A DNA stretch of 64,000 nt from SAR202 cluster bacterium AC-409-J13_OGT_754m (GCA_009391235.1 VEXD01000004.1:5338-69337); one strand, 5' to 3'. Shown: positions 1 through 9,620, counted from the first letter of the stretch. The notes: generated by a model not told the origin, from the letters alone. Program-made: numbers and translations.

Positions 1-735
1 ACCTGGTGACCCCTTTGCTTTACGGGCATGGTATTTGCCCGAAATGTAGAAGGACAAACACTAACATTTGGAGTTTCAGGGAAACTTATTATGAATGCCC
101 TGGTAATGTATGACCATCAAACACAAAGTTTGTGGAGTCAATTTCTGGCTGAGAGCGTGGATGGGGAATTGGAAGGAACTCCTTTAGAATTTATACCAGC
201 CTTACATACAAATTGGGGTACATGGTCGTCTCTGTATCCAAATACTGAGGCTTTAAATAAGGGTTCTTCCAACAGTTTTGATCCGTATGAGTCATATTAT
301 ATTGACAATAAAACCGGTGTTTTGGGTGAAACAAATTCTGATAATCGACTTCCAGCGAAAACTATAATTTTGGGCTTACGCACCAGTAATTTGGTGCGAG
401 CATACCCCTTGGATTTGTTAAAAGACAAACCAGTAATTAATGATTCAGCAAACGATATTCCTACTCTAGTTGCGTTTGATTCAGATTCCGGAGCAGGGGT
501 GGTTTTTCATAGAGAGATAGAAGGAAAAACGTTGACGTTTGATTTACATCGGATTGAAATGGAATCAACTCCTATGGTTATAGATAGGGAAACTGGAACG
601 GTATGGGAAATGTTGACTGGTAGAGCTGTGGAGGGCTCTCTTAAGGGACAAAAACTTGAGCAGTTGCCTACTACATTGGCTTTTTGGTTTGCGTGGAAGG
701 ATTTCTATCCCAATACTGAAATTTATGGAGAATAA
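1..735 (+). CDS. DUF3179 domain-containing protein, probable selenoprotein (5'-truncated by window edge; in-frame TGA at 7-9)
   Basis: Frame 1 reads T-W-(TGA)-P-L-C-F-T-G-M-V-F, matching the DUF3179 CPLC motif, then FGVSGKL, MYDHQTQSLWSQ, DRETGTVW and FWFAWKDFYPNT. The ORF-track start at 28 is internal. Confidence 0.85.
12..53 (+). promoter_or_regulatory. Candidate bacterial SECIS hairpin directly 3' of the UGA
   Basis: CGGGCA (23-28) pairs with TGCCCG (36-41) around the loop TGGTATT. The stem extends via TTT/AAA and CCTTTGC/GTAGAAGG with a bulge. Confidence 0.6.
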
Positions 736-741
736 GACATC

Positions 742-1773
742 CTAAATAGGTTCTATATTTGCCAACTGTGTTATAGAGTCTAAATTATTCTTGTTCAGAT
801 AATCTTTTAATCCAAGGTTGATCTTTTTTATAACCCCTGGCCCTTCATAAATAAGAGCACTGTATATTTGTATAGTGGTTGCTCCTTGTTTAATCGCTAA
901 TATAGCGTCCTCAGCGCTTGATATGCCCCCACAGGCATTTATGGCTATAGCGGCACCCACTTCGTTTCTAACATCCTTTATCATCTTTAACATATCGTTA
1001 AAGATTGGTTTGCCGCTAAGCCCACCTTTTCCCATCTTTAATTTTGGTTCGGTTATTGGTTTAGTGTTGGCTATAGTGACTCCTTCTATTCCCAAGGAAG
1101 TCCCAACATTTACTAGCTGAAGTACTTGGTCCTGTCCCTTGTCGTTGTCGTAGGGAGGAAGCTTTATAAATAGAGGTTTTTTGCGATTTGAGTTAAGTCG
1201 GGATAGCATTTCACGAAACATGTGAGGATCATGGAATATTTTGAGACCTTCCGAATTAGGAGAACTAATATTTATCTCTATCCCATCAGACCAAGGCTCA
1301 AGTTTTAGAGCGCAAGTTACTAGTTCATCTATGGTGAACCCAGATGCACTCAAAATTAGAGGGCTTACTCGTTCCTTTTCTAGGTTAGATATGACCTGTT
1401 GTATACCGTGACTAGGAAATCCGAGTGAGTTGATTATGGAATTGTTTTTTCGGTCTCTTAACAATCTTGGTTTCGGATTACCATCTCGCGGGTTCAGTGT
1501 GACTGTTCCTCCTACTACGTAACCAAACCCTAATCGCATCATAGAATCGAGGTATTGGCAATTTTTATCAAAGCCAGCCGCTAAGCCTATTGGGTTCGAC
1601 AACGGTATCGCTGAAAGAGATGTATTAAGGACTGAATGATTGACCATATAATACTGGGATAGAATTTTCCAAATCAACTTTCTTTTTAGTATGAATTCAG
1701 AAATCTTGTGAGCGGGCTCAGCTGGTACTTGGAATAGCAGCGGACGTAATAACCTTTTATATGGAAGCATCAT
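742..1773 (-). CDS. pyrD: Dihydroorotate dehydrogenase (quinone), class 2
   Basis: NPIGLAAGFDKN, GNPKPRL, INISSPN, GGLSGKP and IQIYSALIYEGP motifs. Confidence 0.93.
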   Translation of the reverse strand: MMLPYKRLLRPLLFQVPAEPAHKISEFILKRKLIWKILSQYYMVNHSVLNTSLSAIPLSNPIGLAAGFDKNCQYLDSMMRLGFGYVVGGTVTLNPRDGNPKPRLLRDRKNNSIINSLGFPSHGIQQVISNLEKERVSPLILSASGFTIDELVTCALKLEPWSDGIEINISSPNSEGLKIFHDPHMFREMLSRLNSNRKKPLFIKLPPYDNDKGQDQVLQLVNVGTSLGIEGVTIANTKPITEPKLKMGKGGLSGKPIFNDMLKMIKDVRNEVGAAIAINACGGISSAEDAILAIKQGATTIQIYSALIYEGPGVIKKINLGLKDYLNKNNLDSITQLANIEPI

Positions 1774-1865
1774 TCACGTTTTGTTGGTGATTCTCTTTAG
1801 TATAAAAAGTCTTCCAAGATTGTGATTATTGCACGAATTTTTAGTGAAGGCGGTTCTTTCTAGTT

Positions 1866-3428
1866 CTAAAGGGGTATATTACCATGTTTTTTGGGAGGCA
1901 AACTGTCTCGTTTGTTTTGAAGCATCTCTAAGGCTCGTATTAGGTGGCTTCTAGTTTCAGACGGATCTATAACTTCGTCAAGAAATCCGTGACTTGCAGC
2001 TACGTAAGGGTTGGCAAAGTTATCTCGATATTCCTGAGTCAGCTCCTCTTTTGTTTTACTTGGCTCGACGGATTTACTGATTTTGTCGCGGAATATAATA
2101 TTAACTGCCGCTTCTGGTCCCATTACAGCTATTTCAGCTGATGGCCAAGCTAGGTTTATATCGCCCCTTAGATGTTTGCTACCCATAACAATGTATGCTC
2201 CGCCATATGCTTTGCGTATCATCAGGCTAACCTTAGGTACAGTTGCCTCTGCATAAGCGTATAGCAATTTTGCACCATGCCGGATTATGCCGCCATATTC
2301 CTGATCAGTTCCCGGCAAAAATCCAGGAACATCCACGAAGGTTACAATTGGGATATTGAAGGCGTCACAAAAACGGACAAATCTTGCAGCTTTTACCGAG
2401 GCGTTTATATCCAGAACGCCTGCAAGGTGGTCTGGCTGATTTCCTACTAATCCTACAGTTGATCCACCTATTCTAGATAAAGCCACAACGATATTAGGGG
2501 CATAATTGGCATGTACTTCCATCAGGTCATTATCATCAACAACTCGTACCATGACATCTCGAATGTCATACGAGTGGTTTGGTTCTTCTGGAACAATACT
2601 TGATAAGTTTGGATCTGTATCAGCCCTATCTGGGACGTTTCCTATGAAAGGTGAATCTTCCATATTGTTTTGAGGAAGGAAACTCAGCAGCCTGCGCACA
2701 TGTTCGAAGCATTCCTCCTCAGTTTCTGAAATGAAGTGAGCCACACCGCTTTTGAAAGCATGAGTAGCGGCACCCCCAAGGTCTTCATGTGTTACTTCTT
2801 CGCCTAGTACCGCCTTTATTACTTCAGGGCCAGTGATGTACATTTGCCCGATTCCTTGAACCATAAAGACGAAGTCAGTGATAGCGGGGGAATATACAGC
2901 TCCTCCAGCACTAGGTCCTAGAATTATAGAAATTTGAGGTATTACACCTGATGATAATGTGTTACGGAGGAATATGTCTCCATATGCTGCTAGACTGAGA
3001 ACTCCCTCTTGTATTCGGGCCCCACCCGAGTCGTTTAGCCCAACTATTGGAGCACCAGTTTTGAGGGCAAGATCCATGACTTTGCATATCTTGCTTCCTA
3101 CGGCCTCAGATACAGAACCACCCATAATTGTGAAATCTTGAGCGTATGCAAAAGTTAATCTATTCCTTATTCTTCCGTAGCCTGTAACTACAGCATCTCC
3201 AGAAGGCCTGTTATCCTTTAGTGGAAAGTCGTTAGTTCGAGGTGTTACGAAAGGATCTAACTCTGTAAACGTATTGTCGTCAAACAATAAACTCAGTCTT
3301 TCCCTGGCAGTCAACTTGCCTTTTGAGTGTTGCCGATCTATTTTTTCTTGACCACCTCCAAGTTGAGATTGCTCCCTAAGTGTTTGTAATCTTTCAACTC
3401 TTCGGTTGGATTCAGGTTCAATTGCCAT
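1866..3428 (-). CDS. pccB: Acyl-CoA carboxylase carboxyltransferase subunit (propionyl-CoA carboxylase beta / methylmalonyl-CoA decarboxylase alpha family)
   Basis: GKLTARER, DSGGARIQEG, DVPGFLPG, RKAYGGAY and KKHGNIPL motifs. Confidence 0.9.
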   Translation of the reverse strand: MAIEPESNRRVERLQTLREQSQLGGGQEKIDRQHSKGKLTARERLSLLFDDNTFTELDPFVTPRTNDFPLKDNRPSGDAVVTGYGRIRNRLTFAYAQDFTIMGGSVSEAVGSKICKVMDLALKTGAPIVGLNDSGGARIQEGVLSLAAYGDIFLRNTLSSGVIPQISIILGPSAGGAVYSPAITDFVFMVQGIGQMYITGPEVIKAVLGEEVTHEDLGGAATHAFKSGVAHFISETEEECFEHVRRLLSFLPQNNMEDSPFIGNVPDRADTDPNLSSIVPEEPNHSYDIRDVMVRVVDDNDLMEVHANYAPNIVVALSRIGGSTVGLVGNQPDHLAGVLDINASVKAARFVRFCDAFNIPIVTFVDVPGFLPGTDQEYGGIIRHGAKLLYAYAEATVPKVSLMIRKAYGGAYIVMGSKHLRGDINLAWPSAEIAVMGPEAAVNIIFRDKISKSVEPSKTKEELTQEYRDNFANPYVAASHGFLDEVIDPSETRSHLIRALEMLQNKRDSLPPKKHGNIPL

Positions 3429-3598
3429 TTCGTCTCCAAGGTTTCATAACTGTTAGGCTATAAATGCTATCAGAGGGGGCATCCTGGGTGCAAGGAAATA
3501 ATGGCGATGTTACAATCGTATGAAAACATAGTCCATATCTAAAACTTAGATAGTTCTCTGTTTTTTCGCAACATTCTTTTCGAGGGTCTTATCTAATT

Positions 3599-4453
3599 AT
3601 GGAATTGCCCAAGCCTGAATTAATGACTTGTCGAGGAAAAGATTTCATATGGGGAACCCGAACTTTCATTATGGGAATCATAAATTTGACACCTGACTCA
3701 TTTTCGGGTGATGGATTTACTGGTAATACAAAAGCGGCTTTGGGTAAAGCTATTGAGCTTGAAGCAATGGGAGCAGACATAATAGATATTGGAGCTGAAT
3801 CTACACGACCAGGGCATAGTGTGGTTTCTATTGATGAAGAGTTGCGGCGATTATTACCAGCCCTTGATGCTATCTTGCCACGAGTGAATGTACCGGTAAG
3901 TATTGATACATATAAGCCGGAAGTGGCAAAAAGAGCATTGGATGTAGGGGCTAGCATGTTGAATCACGTTTGGGGAGTACTGGGAGATGCTGAGATGTTG
4001 GAATTGGCTGCTTTAAGACAGATTCCTATTGTATTAATGCATAACCAATTAACGCTATCCTATGTGGACCCAGTCAACGATGTAATTTCGAGTCTAAAAG
4101 CCACCACGGATAGGGCATTAAAAGCCGGGATTGAGAGTAAAAATATTATCATAGATCCGGGATTTGGATTTGGAAAAACGGCTGATCATAATATTGAGAT
4201 AATGCGTAGGCTACAAGAATTTAAAACTTTACCATACCCTTTGTTAATTGGCACCTCCAGGAAGTCTACTATCGGTCTAATTTTAAATTTACCAGTAAAT
4301 GAACGATTAGAGGGTGCTATTTCTACGGTGGCTTTGTCTGTTGCCAATGGGGCAGACATTGTTAGAGTACATGATGTTCAGGAGACTTTGAGAGCATCTC
4401 GAGTGGCTGATGCTATTGTAAGAAATTGGAGACCTGATAATTGGATAGAATAG
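3599..4453 (+). CDS. folP: Dihydropteroate synthase
   Basis: MGIINLTPDSFSGDG, DIGAESTRPG, DPGFGFGK, GTSRKS, VRVHDV. Confidence 0.96.
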   Translation: MELPKPELMTCRGKDFIWGTRTFIMGIINLTPDSFSGDGFTGNTKAALGKAIELEAMGADIIDIGAESTRPGHSVVSIDEELRRLLPALDAILPRVNVPVSIDTYKPEVAKRALDVGASMLNHVWGVLGDAEMLELAALRQIPIVLMHNQLTLSYVDPVNDVISSLKATTDRALKAGIESKNIIIDPGFGFGKTADHNIEIMRRLQEFKTLPYPLLIGTSRKSTIGLILNLPVNERLEGAISTVALSVANGADIVRVHDVQETLRASRVADAIVRNWRPDNWIE

Positions 4454-4965
4454 AAGTTTATATTGGGATTGGGTCCAATCTGGGAGACCGCATGGTCAAT
4501 ATAGTGAATGGATTAACCTTACTGGGTAGGAAAATACAAATTAAGCAAATGTCCTCGATATATGAAACAGTACCTGTCGGCTTTGTTAACCAGCCGGTGT
4601 TTCTAAATTGTGTATTCGGAGGTACTACCTATTTGAGTCCTAAAGATTTACTGTCGTTTCTTAAGGAGATTGAGGGTTTGATGGGACGTACTGAAACGTT
4701 TCAAGGAGGTCCACGGGTTTTTGATGCAGATATATTATTTTATGGGAAGACTGTTTTGGAATCCCACTCTTTAACGATTCCACATCCAGGGATAAAGGCT
4801 AGAGCATTTGTATTAATACCTCTATGTGAAATTGCCTGCGAGTTGTTACATCCAGGACTCGGTAAAACCGCATTGGAACTACTCGAGGAGCTTAAAGACA
4901 CCAATGGAGTTGTTTTCCATTCGCAACCTCCTACCATAGATATAATTCCCTCTCAAAAGTGTTAG
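4441..4965 (+). CDS. folK: 2-amino-4-hydroxy-6-hydroxymethyldihydropteridine diphosphokinase
   Basis: YIGIGSNLGDR, SSIYET, GPRVFDADIL, IPHP, RAFVLIPL; overlaps folP. Confidence 0.95.
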   Translation: MDRIEVYIGIGSNLGDRMVNIVNGLTLLGRKIQIKQMSSIYETVPVGFVNQPVFLNCVFGGTTYLSPKDLLSFLKEIEGLMGRTETFQGGPRVFDADILFYGKTVLESHSLTIPHPGIKARAFVLIPLCEIACELLHPGLGKTALELLEELKDTNGVVFHSQPPTIDIIPSQKC

Positions 4966-4972
4966 TGTAGGG

Positions 4973-5152
4973 TTAAACTAAGCCAGGAGGTAGAAGATTG
5001 GGAATAGATTCCCTGATTGCATATTGCAAGGCACAACTTTGACACTTTAGTGAACCTTCAATAATGAGATCCCCACAAGATTTTTTAGACTTTAGTTTTA
5101 AATCGCCATTACATATTGGGCAAACAAGCATGTTCACTAATTGTCTTCTCAT
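4973..5152 (-). CDS. Trm112-family zinc-binding methyltransferase activator (59 aa; absent from ORF track)
   Basis: Manual translation MRRQLVNMLVCPICNGDLKLKSKKSCGDLIIEGSLKCQSCALQYAIRESIPNLLPPGLV*, with the Trm112 pattern LxCPxC...EGxLxCxxC...YxIxxxIPxLL. Confidence 0.88.
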   Translation of the reverse strand: MRRQLVNMLVCPICNGDLKLKSKKSCGDLIIEGSLKCQSCALQYAIRESIPNLLPPGLV

Positions 5153-5206
5153 TGTGGGGCGTGGATCATTAACGATTCTATTATAGATTGACTCAACATA
5201 TGTTGA

Positions 5207-5662
5207 TTAACTGACTAATCCTTTCTCAAAGATGGAATTTAAGATGTCTGCGAGCAAGAATATTACGGCTCCCAAAATTACCACTGTAGTGGGCCCAGAT
5301 ATTAATGAGGTTAATTTCCCATAGGAATTTTCTCTATATCGCGTTTTGATGAATCTAACCAAATAGAACATATATAAAGCTAATGCGATTTTAGTTCCTA
5401 GTGTGACTACATATAATGTCCCAACAAACCCCGAGGTTAAACGTTCGAATGTGAGTATGGCACCAGTAATTAGAAGTACTGTCATAGCGGTGGTTACCAT
5501 AGTGCGAAAATCTTCTGCAATAGAAAGCATAGTATCGCTTTTTAATTGCTTAAGTGATGGCCTAAGGACCAAAACGTAAAAAATACCACCCCCTACCCAG
5601 GTAGCTGAAGCTATGGCATGGAGCCACCTTATTATTATTAAAAGAACTTCCGTAATATCCAT
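5207..5662 (-). CDS. Four-TM membrane protein, CopD/DUF4149-like
   Basis: RWLHAIASATWVGG helix and four hydrophobic segments; likely start ATG 5662, just after the sbcD stop. Confidence 0.65.
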   Translation of the reverse strand: MDITEVLLIIIRWLHAIASATWVGGGIFYVLVLRPSLKQLKSDTMLSIAEDFRTMVTTAMTVLLITGAILTFERLTSGFVGTLYVVTLGTKIALALYMFYLVRFIKTRYRENSYGKLTSLISGPTTVVILGAVIFLLADILNSIFEKGLVS

Positions 5663-5669
5663 TTGTAAT

Positions 5670-6917
5670 TCATTCTTCTGAGTCAGATAATTCTGATTCA
5701 ATCAAATCTTTAGCAACATTCATGAGGTTATCCCTCATTGCTGAATCTGTGTTACGACTGTCTAAATATATGCCTAAAGCTTCTATGGTACTAAGCTTTT
5801 CTATTACGTCTGCTGGTATACGGGTTCTGCGTTCATCTTCTTTCACATGGCGGGTAATGGATGTTATGAAGTGAGCCTCGGACAAGGCTTGCCTAATAGA
5901 ATTCTCGTCAAGTTGTGTGGAGTGTTCGGCATCAAGGTATATTCGGACTCTGACAATTGCATCATTTACCGCATGTTTCGATATTATACTTATCACCTCT
6001 GAATTTGGATCATGACTTGTTTGTTCTATATCGACATCAATTGTGACGAATTCACGAGCTTTTACTTCGTGGAAAGTGAAATCAATTAGTCTTTTACCCT
6101 GTTTAAACTCTGAGTTAAGCTCTATAACACAAAAGCCTTTTTTATCTCCCTCTTCTCCGAAATCCACCCGTTGTAGACTGCCTGCATAAACCATTAGCGG
6201 GTCTTGTCTTAAGATTTGATGTCTATGGATATGGCCCAATGCGATGTAGTCGAATTCCGGAAGATGTATATCGCTTGGCATTAAAAAATGATCCTGCCCC
6301 AGAATCATGGAACGTTCCGAACCTAATTTAGCCCCTGATATTGTTAGGTGGCCTGTCAATATAGCAGGAATATTGGGATTTAGTTGTTTTGCGGAGAGTT
6401 TAATCCCTGTTGAAAAAAGGTATTGTATGCGCTCATTAACTTCTTCTATTGACATTCCTCGGGTTTCTTCTCTCGTTAGCAACTGGCTACGTTTGGGCCA
6501 CGGTACTGATACTATCTGTAATGGTCCACTAGGTGTCTCAATAGTAAAGGTTTTTAATTCATTTCCTACGTGAATATTAGGCACACGTAAAGTATCAAAG
6601 ATATCAATTGAGGTAGCTTTTCCTGCCCCATGGGGTAAGTCGTGGTTTCCCACTAGTAAAAATATCGGGATTCCTGCCTCAGATATTTTGGCCAGACGCT
6701 TTGCTAATTCTCGCTGCTGAGTTTGAGAAGGGTCTCGATTTTTGTAAGTATCACCGGCAAGTAACACAAGGTCAACTTTTGCAGTTATGGAATATTCTAC
6801 AACTTCATCCAAGGCTGCTAAGAAATCCATTAGTCTCGTAGACAACCCGGTACTTGGATCTATACGACCGTAATTTTCGACTCCAATATGAAGGTCAGCA
6901 AAATGAAGGATTCGCAT
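5670..6917 (-). CDS. sbcD: Exonuclease SbcCD subunit D (Mre11-like)
   Basis: Metallophosphoesterase motifs HFADLHIG, AGD, GNHD, YIALGHIH and YAGSLQRVDFGEE. Confidence 0.92.
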   Translation of the reverse strand: MRILHFADLHIGVENYGRIDPSTGLSTRLMDFLAALDEVVEYSITAKVDLVLLAGDTYKNRDPSQTQQRELAKRLAKISEAGIPIFLLVGNHDLPHGAGKATSIDIFDTLRVPNIHVGNELKTFTIETPSGPLQIVSVPWPKRSQLLTREETRGMSIEEVNERIQYLFSTGIKLSAKQLNPNIPAILTGHLTISGAKLGSERSMILGQDHFLMPSDIHLPEFDYIALGHIHRHQILRQDPLMVYAGSLQRVDFGEEGDKKGFCVIELNSEFKQGKRLIDFTFHEVKAREFVTIDVDIEQTSHDPNSEVISIISKHAVNDAIVRVRIYLDAEHSTQLDENSIRQALSEAHFITSITRHVKEDERRTRIPADVIEKLSTIEALGIYLDSRNTDSAMRDNLMNVAKDLIESELSDSEE

Positions 6918-6950
6918 TAAAGTTCTATCCCATTTAATACTTTATCTGGT

Positions 6951-7307
6951 CTATGTTGTGGTTGAAAGGCCCATAAGAGAACCAATTGCAGCTAACATCT
7001 TTTGAAGGTCGTCTTTATGGAGAGAACCAAGCTGACGAATAACTGATGTGCTGTGAAGAGTGGTAATTCTTCCCCTAATTAATGATGGCCTTAGAAGGCC
7101 TGAGTCCTGCCATCTGGCTAAGGTATAATCTCCCCTCCTAGGTTGGCTGTTAAAGTTACCTGTGATTTGGGCCACTACAAGTTCTGAATTGCCGTCCGAC
7201 AGGTCTATTTCCGCCAATACCGCAACGGGCCGTTGCTTAGAAGGCATGCTATCACCGGTGGATACAAACGGGACTAATAAAATATCCCCACGATTATATT
7301 TTGACAT
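6951..7307 (-). CDS. PemK/MazF-family endoribonuclease toxin
   Basis: RGDILLVPF, KQRPVAVL, AQITG, GLLRPSLIR and LGSL; catalytic Arg and Thr equivalents present. Confidence 0.85.
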   Translation of the reverse strand: MSKYNRGDILLVPFVSTGDSMPSKQRPVAVLAEIDLSDGNSELVVAQITGNFNSQPRRGDYTLARWQDSGLLRPSLIRGRITTLHSTSVIRQLGSLHKDDLQKMLAAIGSLMGLSTTT

Positions 7308-7404
7308 GATTGAAGTTGCTCAAAACTGATGATATTGACATACTTTTAATTTTGCGAGACCGAGATACGCTCTTGATTTTATAGGGTTGCATGGATTTGG
7401 AATT

Positions 7405-7728
7405 TCAAGCCGTGTCATATATAGAATCCTCCTGACTATCCCAGTCCTTTCCTAACTCATCCTGTGCCGAATTAGGGAATTCAGTCAATAAAATGATTCG
7501 CCCCAAACTTTGTTCTTCGATGGCTTTTTGGGTCACTCTATAGAACATAGTTCCTCCGGCTGAATTCCACATTTCTAGGTAACCCGCTCTACTTTGGGCG
7601 CCTATCCACGTATGCGGAATTCTCCTTTGGTCAAGCAGATTAAATAACTTGTGTTGATCTACCACGCCCAACACGTAAATTTGTTCTAGTAATTCAATTC
7701 TAGGACTTTGAGGACCTGAATGCTCCAC
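7405..7728 (-). CDS. Putative antitoxin / hypothetical protein upstream of the PemK toxin; probable true start ATG 7827 with an in-frame TAG at 7762-7764
   Basis: Acidic C-terminus DELGKDWDSQEDSIYDTA resembles tails of PemK-associated antitoxins. The frame extends to ATG 7827 (preceded by GGGTGGGGGTG) through one TAG. Confidence 0.5.
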   Translation of the reverse strand: MEHSGPQSPRIELLEQIYVLGVVDQHKLFNLLDQRRIPHTWIGAQSRAGYLEMWNSAGGTMFYRVTQKAIEEQSLGRIILLTEFPNSAQDELGKDWDSQEDSIYDTA

Positions 7729-8037
7729 ATTATTGGAGGATTCACTAATAAGAGATTCTAGCTACTCAAGATTTTGTCGTATGCTTTTGATATGCTTTTG
7801 GACTTGAGATTCACGTTTGATTCTCATTTTCACCCCCACCCGACAGAATGCATTTTATATGACGTTGCTTCTTACGTCTAGATGAGAAAGCAAAATGGTA
7901 ATTCTGGTCAAATATTCACTGAATTAGTTTTTGGATTATAGTACCAATTGGCATATATTTAAAATGCTTTAATCGCATACATGTTGATGATGAACTGAGT
8001 TTGGGCAGGGTGCTAATAGGGCAAGCTATTAGTGATT

Positions 8038-9531
8038 CTAATTTCCTTTTAGTTTGGCGTCGAGCGTTCCCACTAGGGTTTTTACAGGTAAGCGTATCTG
8101 CATCATAGTATCCCGATCTCTGATAGTAACCTGTCCATCATTTAAAGAATCAAAGTCGATTGTAATGCAATACGGAGTTCCTATTTCGTCCTGTCTGCGA
8201 TATCTGCGACCAATACTTTGGCTCGTATCGTATGTTGAAGAATATTTAGCCCTAACCAGTTCGTATACCTCTAGAGATAAAGGAATAAGCTGTTCGTTTC
8301 TACTGAGTGGAAGAATCGCTACTTTATAGGGGGATAAAAGCGGATTCAGTTTAAGAAGAGTTCGATTGTCGGTTTTTCCACCAGGTTGGGTTGGTTGTAT
8401 TATCTCTTCAGAATATGAGTCTAATAATATTGCCAACGCAGCTCTATCTACCCCTCCTGATGGTTCAATTATGTATGGGTAATAGTGTTCATGGGTTTCT
8501 TCATCAAAGTATGTTAAATCTTGTCCGCTAAACTCTGAATGTTGTCTAAGATCAAAATCCGTTCGGTTGGCGATTCCTTCTAGTTCTGCCCAACCCCATG
8601 GAAAGTTATATTCTATATCAATCACTTTTTTGGCATAGTGCGCTAGATTCTCTGAACTATGCTCTTGTAATCTGAGGTTATCTTTATTTATTCCTAAGTT
8701 AATGTACCAGTTGAGTCTGTTTTCAACCCAGTAGTTGAACCAGTCTTCATCAGTTCCTGGCTTTACAAAAAACTCAAGTTCCATTTGTTCAAACTCTCTG
8801 GTTCGAAAAGTGAAATTACCAGGTGTAATTTCGTTTCGGAAAGCCTTCCCAATCTGTGCTATGCCAAACGGTAATTTGAGCCTAGTCGTATTGGCTATAT
8901 TGGCAAAATTGGTGAATATGCCTTGAGCAGTCTCGGGGCGGAGATAAATCCTTGAGCGTTGCAATACTGATGATACCTCTTTCATCCTTTCTTCTAATAT
9001 AGATAATTCCGAACTAATTGATTCAATTTCCAATGATTTTTCTTGAAAAGATTCGATAGTTGTTTGCAAATGTTTGGAAACTTCCTGGGATAGTTTCAAC
9101 AACTCTTGTAAACTGTCTAACGGACCCATTGTTGTACTAAACATTAAGTTGAATTGCCGCTCATCACTCAATATGCCCCCGCACGTTGGACAATTTGATG
9201 AGTTTAATAAGTCGTCAACCCGGAATCTTTGATGACATTCGTTGCATTCTACCAGTGGGTCTGTGAAATTCTGCAAATGCCCGCTTGCTTCCCATACACG
9301 TGGATGCATAAGTATAGCGGAATCTAGACCAACCACATTAGGATGCTCATGAACCATCGATTGCCACCAGACTTGATTAATATTTCGCTTTATTTCAACT
9401 CCTAGAGGACCGTAGTCCCAAGTTGCGTTGATGCCACCGTATATTTCACTGTTTTGGAATATAAAGCCTCTTCGTTTGGATAAAGAAAGAAACTTCTCCA
9501 TGACAGTTGATTCGTGATTAATAGAAGCCAA
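8038..9531 (-). CDS. glyQS: Glycine--tRNA ligase, alpha2 (GlyQS) type
   Basis: WDYGPLG, YLRPETAQGIF, GKAFRNEITP, FRTREFEQME, ELEGIANRTDFDL, SIGRRYRRQDEIGTP; TTG start after AAGAGGAA. Confidence 0.96.
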   Translation of the reverse strand: MASINHESTVMEKFLSLSKRRGFIFQNSEIYGGINATWDYGPLGVEIKRNINQVWWQSMVHEHPNVVGLDSAILMHPRVWEASGHLQNFTDPLVECNECHQRFRVDDLLNSSNCPTCGGILSDERQFNLMFSTTMGPLDSLQELLKLSQEVSKHLQTTIESFQEKSLEIESISSELSILEERMKEVSSVLQRSRIYLRPETAQGIFTNFANIANTTRLKLPFGIAQIGKAFRNEITPGNFTFRTREFEQMELEFFVKPGTDEDWFNYWVENRLNWYINLGINKDNLRLQEHSSENLAHYAKKVIDIEYNFPWGWAELEGIANRTDFDLRQHSEFSGQDLTYFDEETHEHYYPYIIEPSGGVDRAALAILLDSYSEEIIQPTQPGGKTDNRTLLKLNPLLSPYKVAILPLSRNEQLIPLSLEVYELVRAKYSSTYDTSQSIGRRYRRQDEIGTPYCITIDFDSLNDGQVTIRDRDTMMQIRLPVKTLVGTLDAKLKGN

Positions 9532-9620
9532 TTTAATTCCTCTTGAAAGGATTGTGATCTTCAGGTTACCAAGCAGATATCCAAGTGTAAAGACAACTGA
9601 GATTGTTTTCGAGCATATTA

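Noticed and set aside
1820-1837. TTGTGATTATTGCACGAA as a Rex box upstream of pyrD
   Set aside because: Half-site spacing is one base short and the right half is degenerate.
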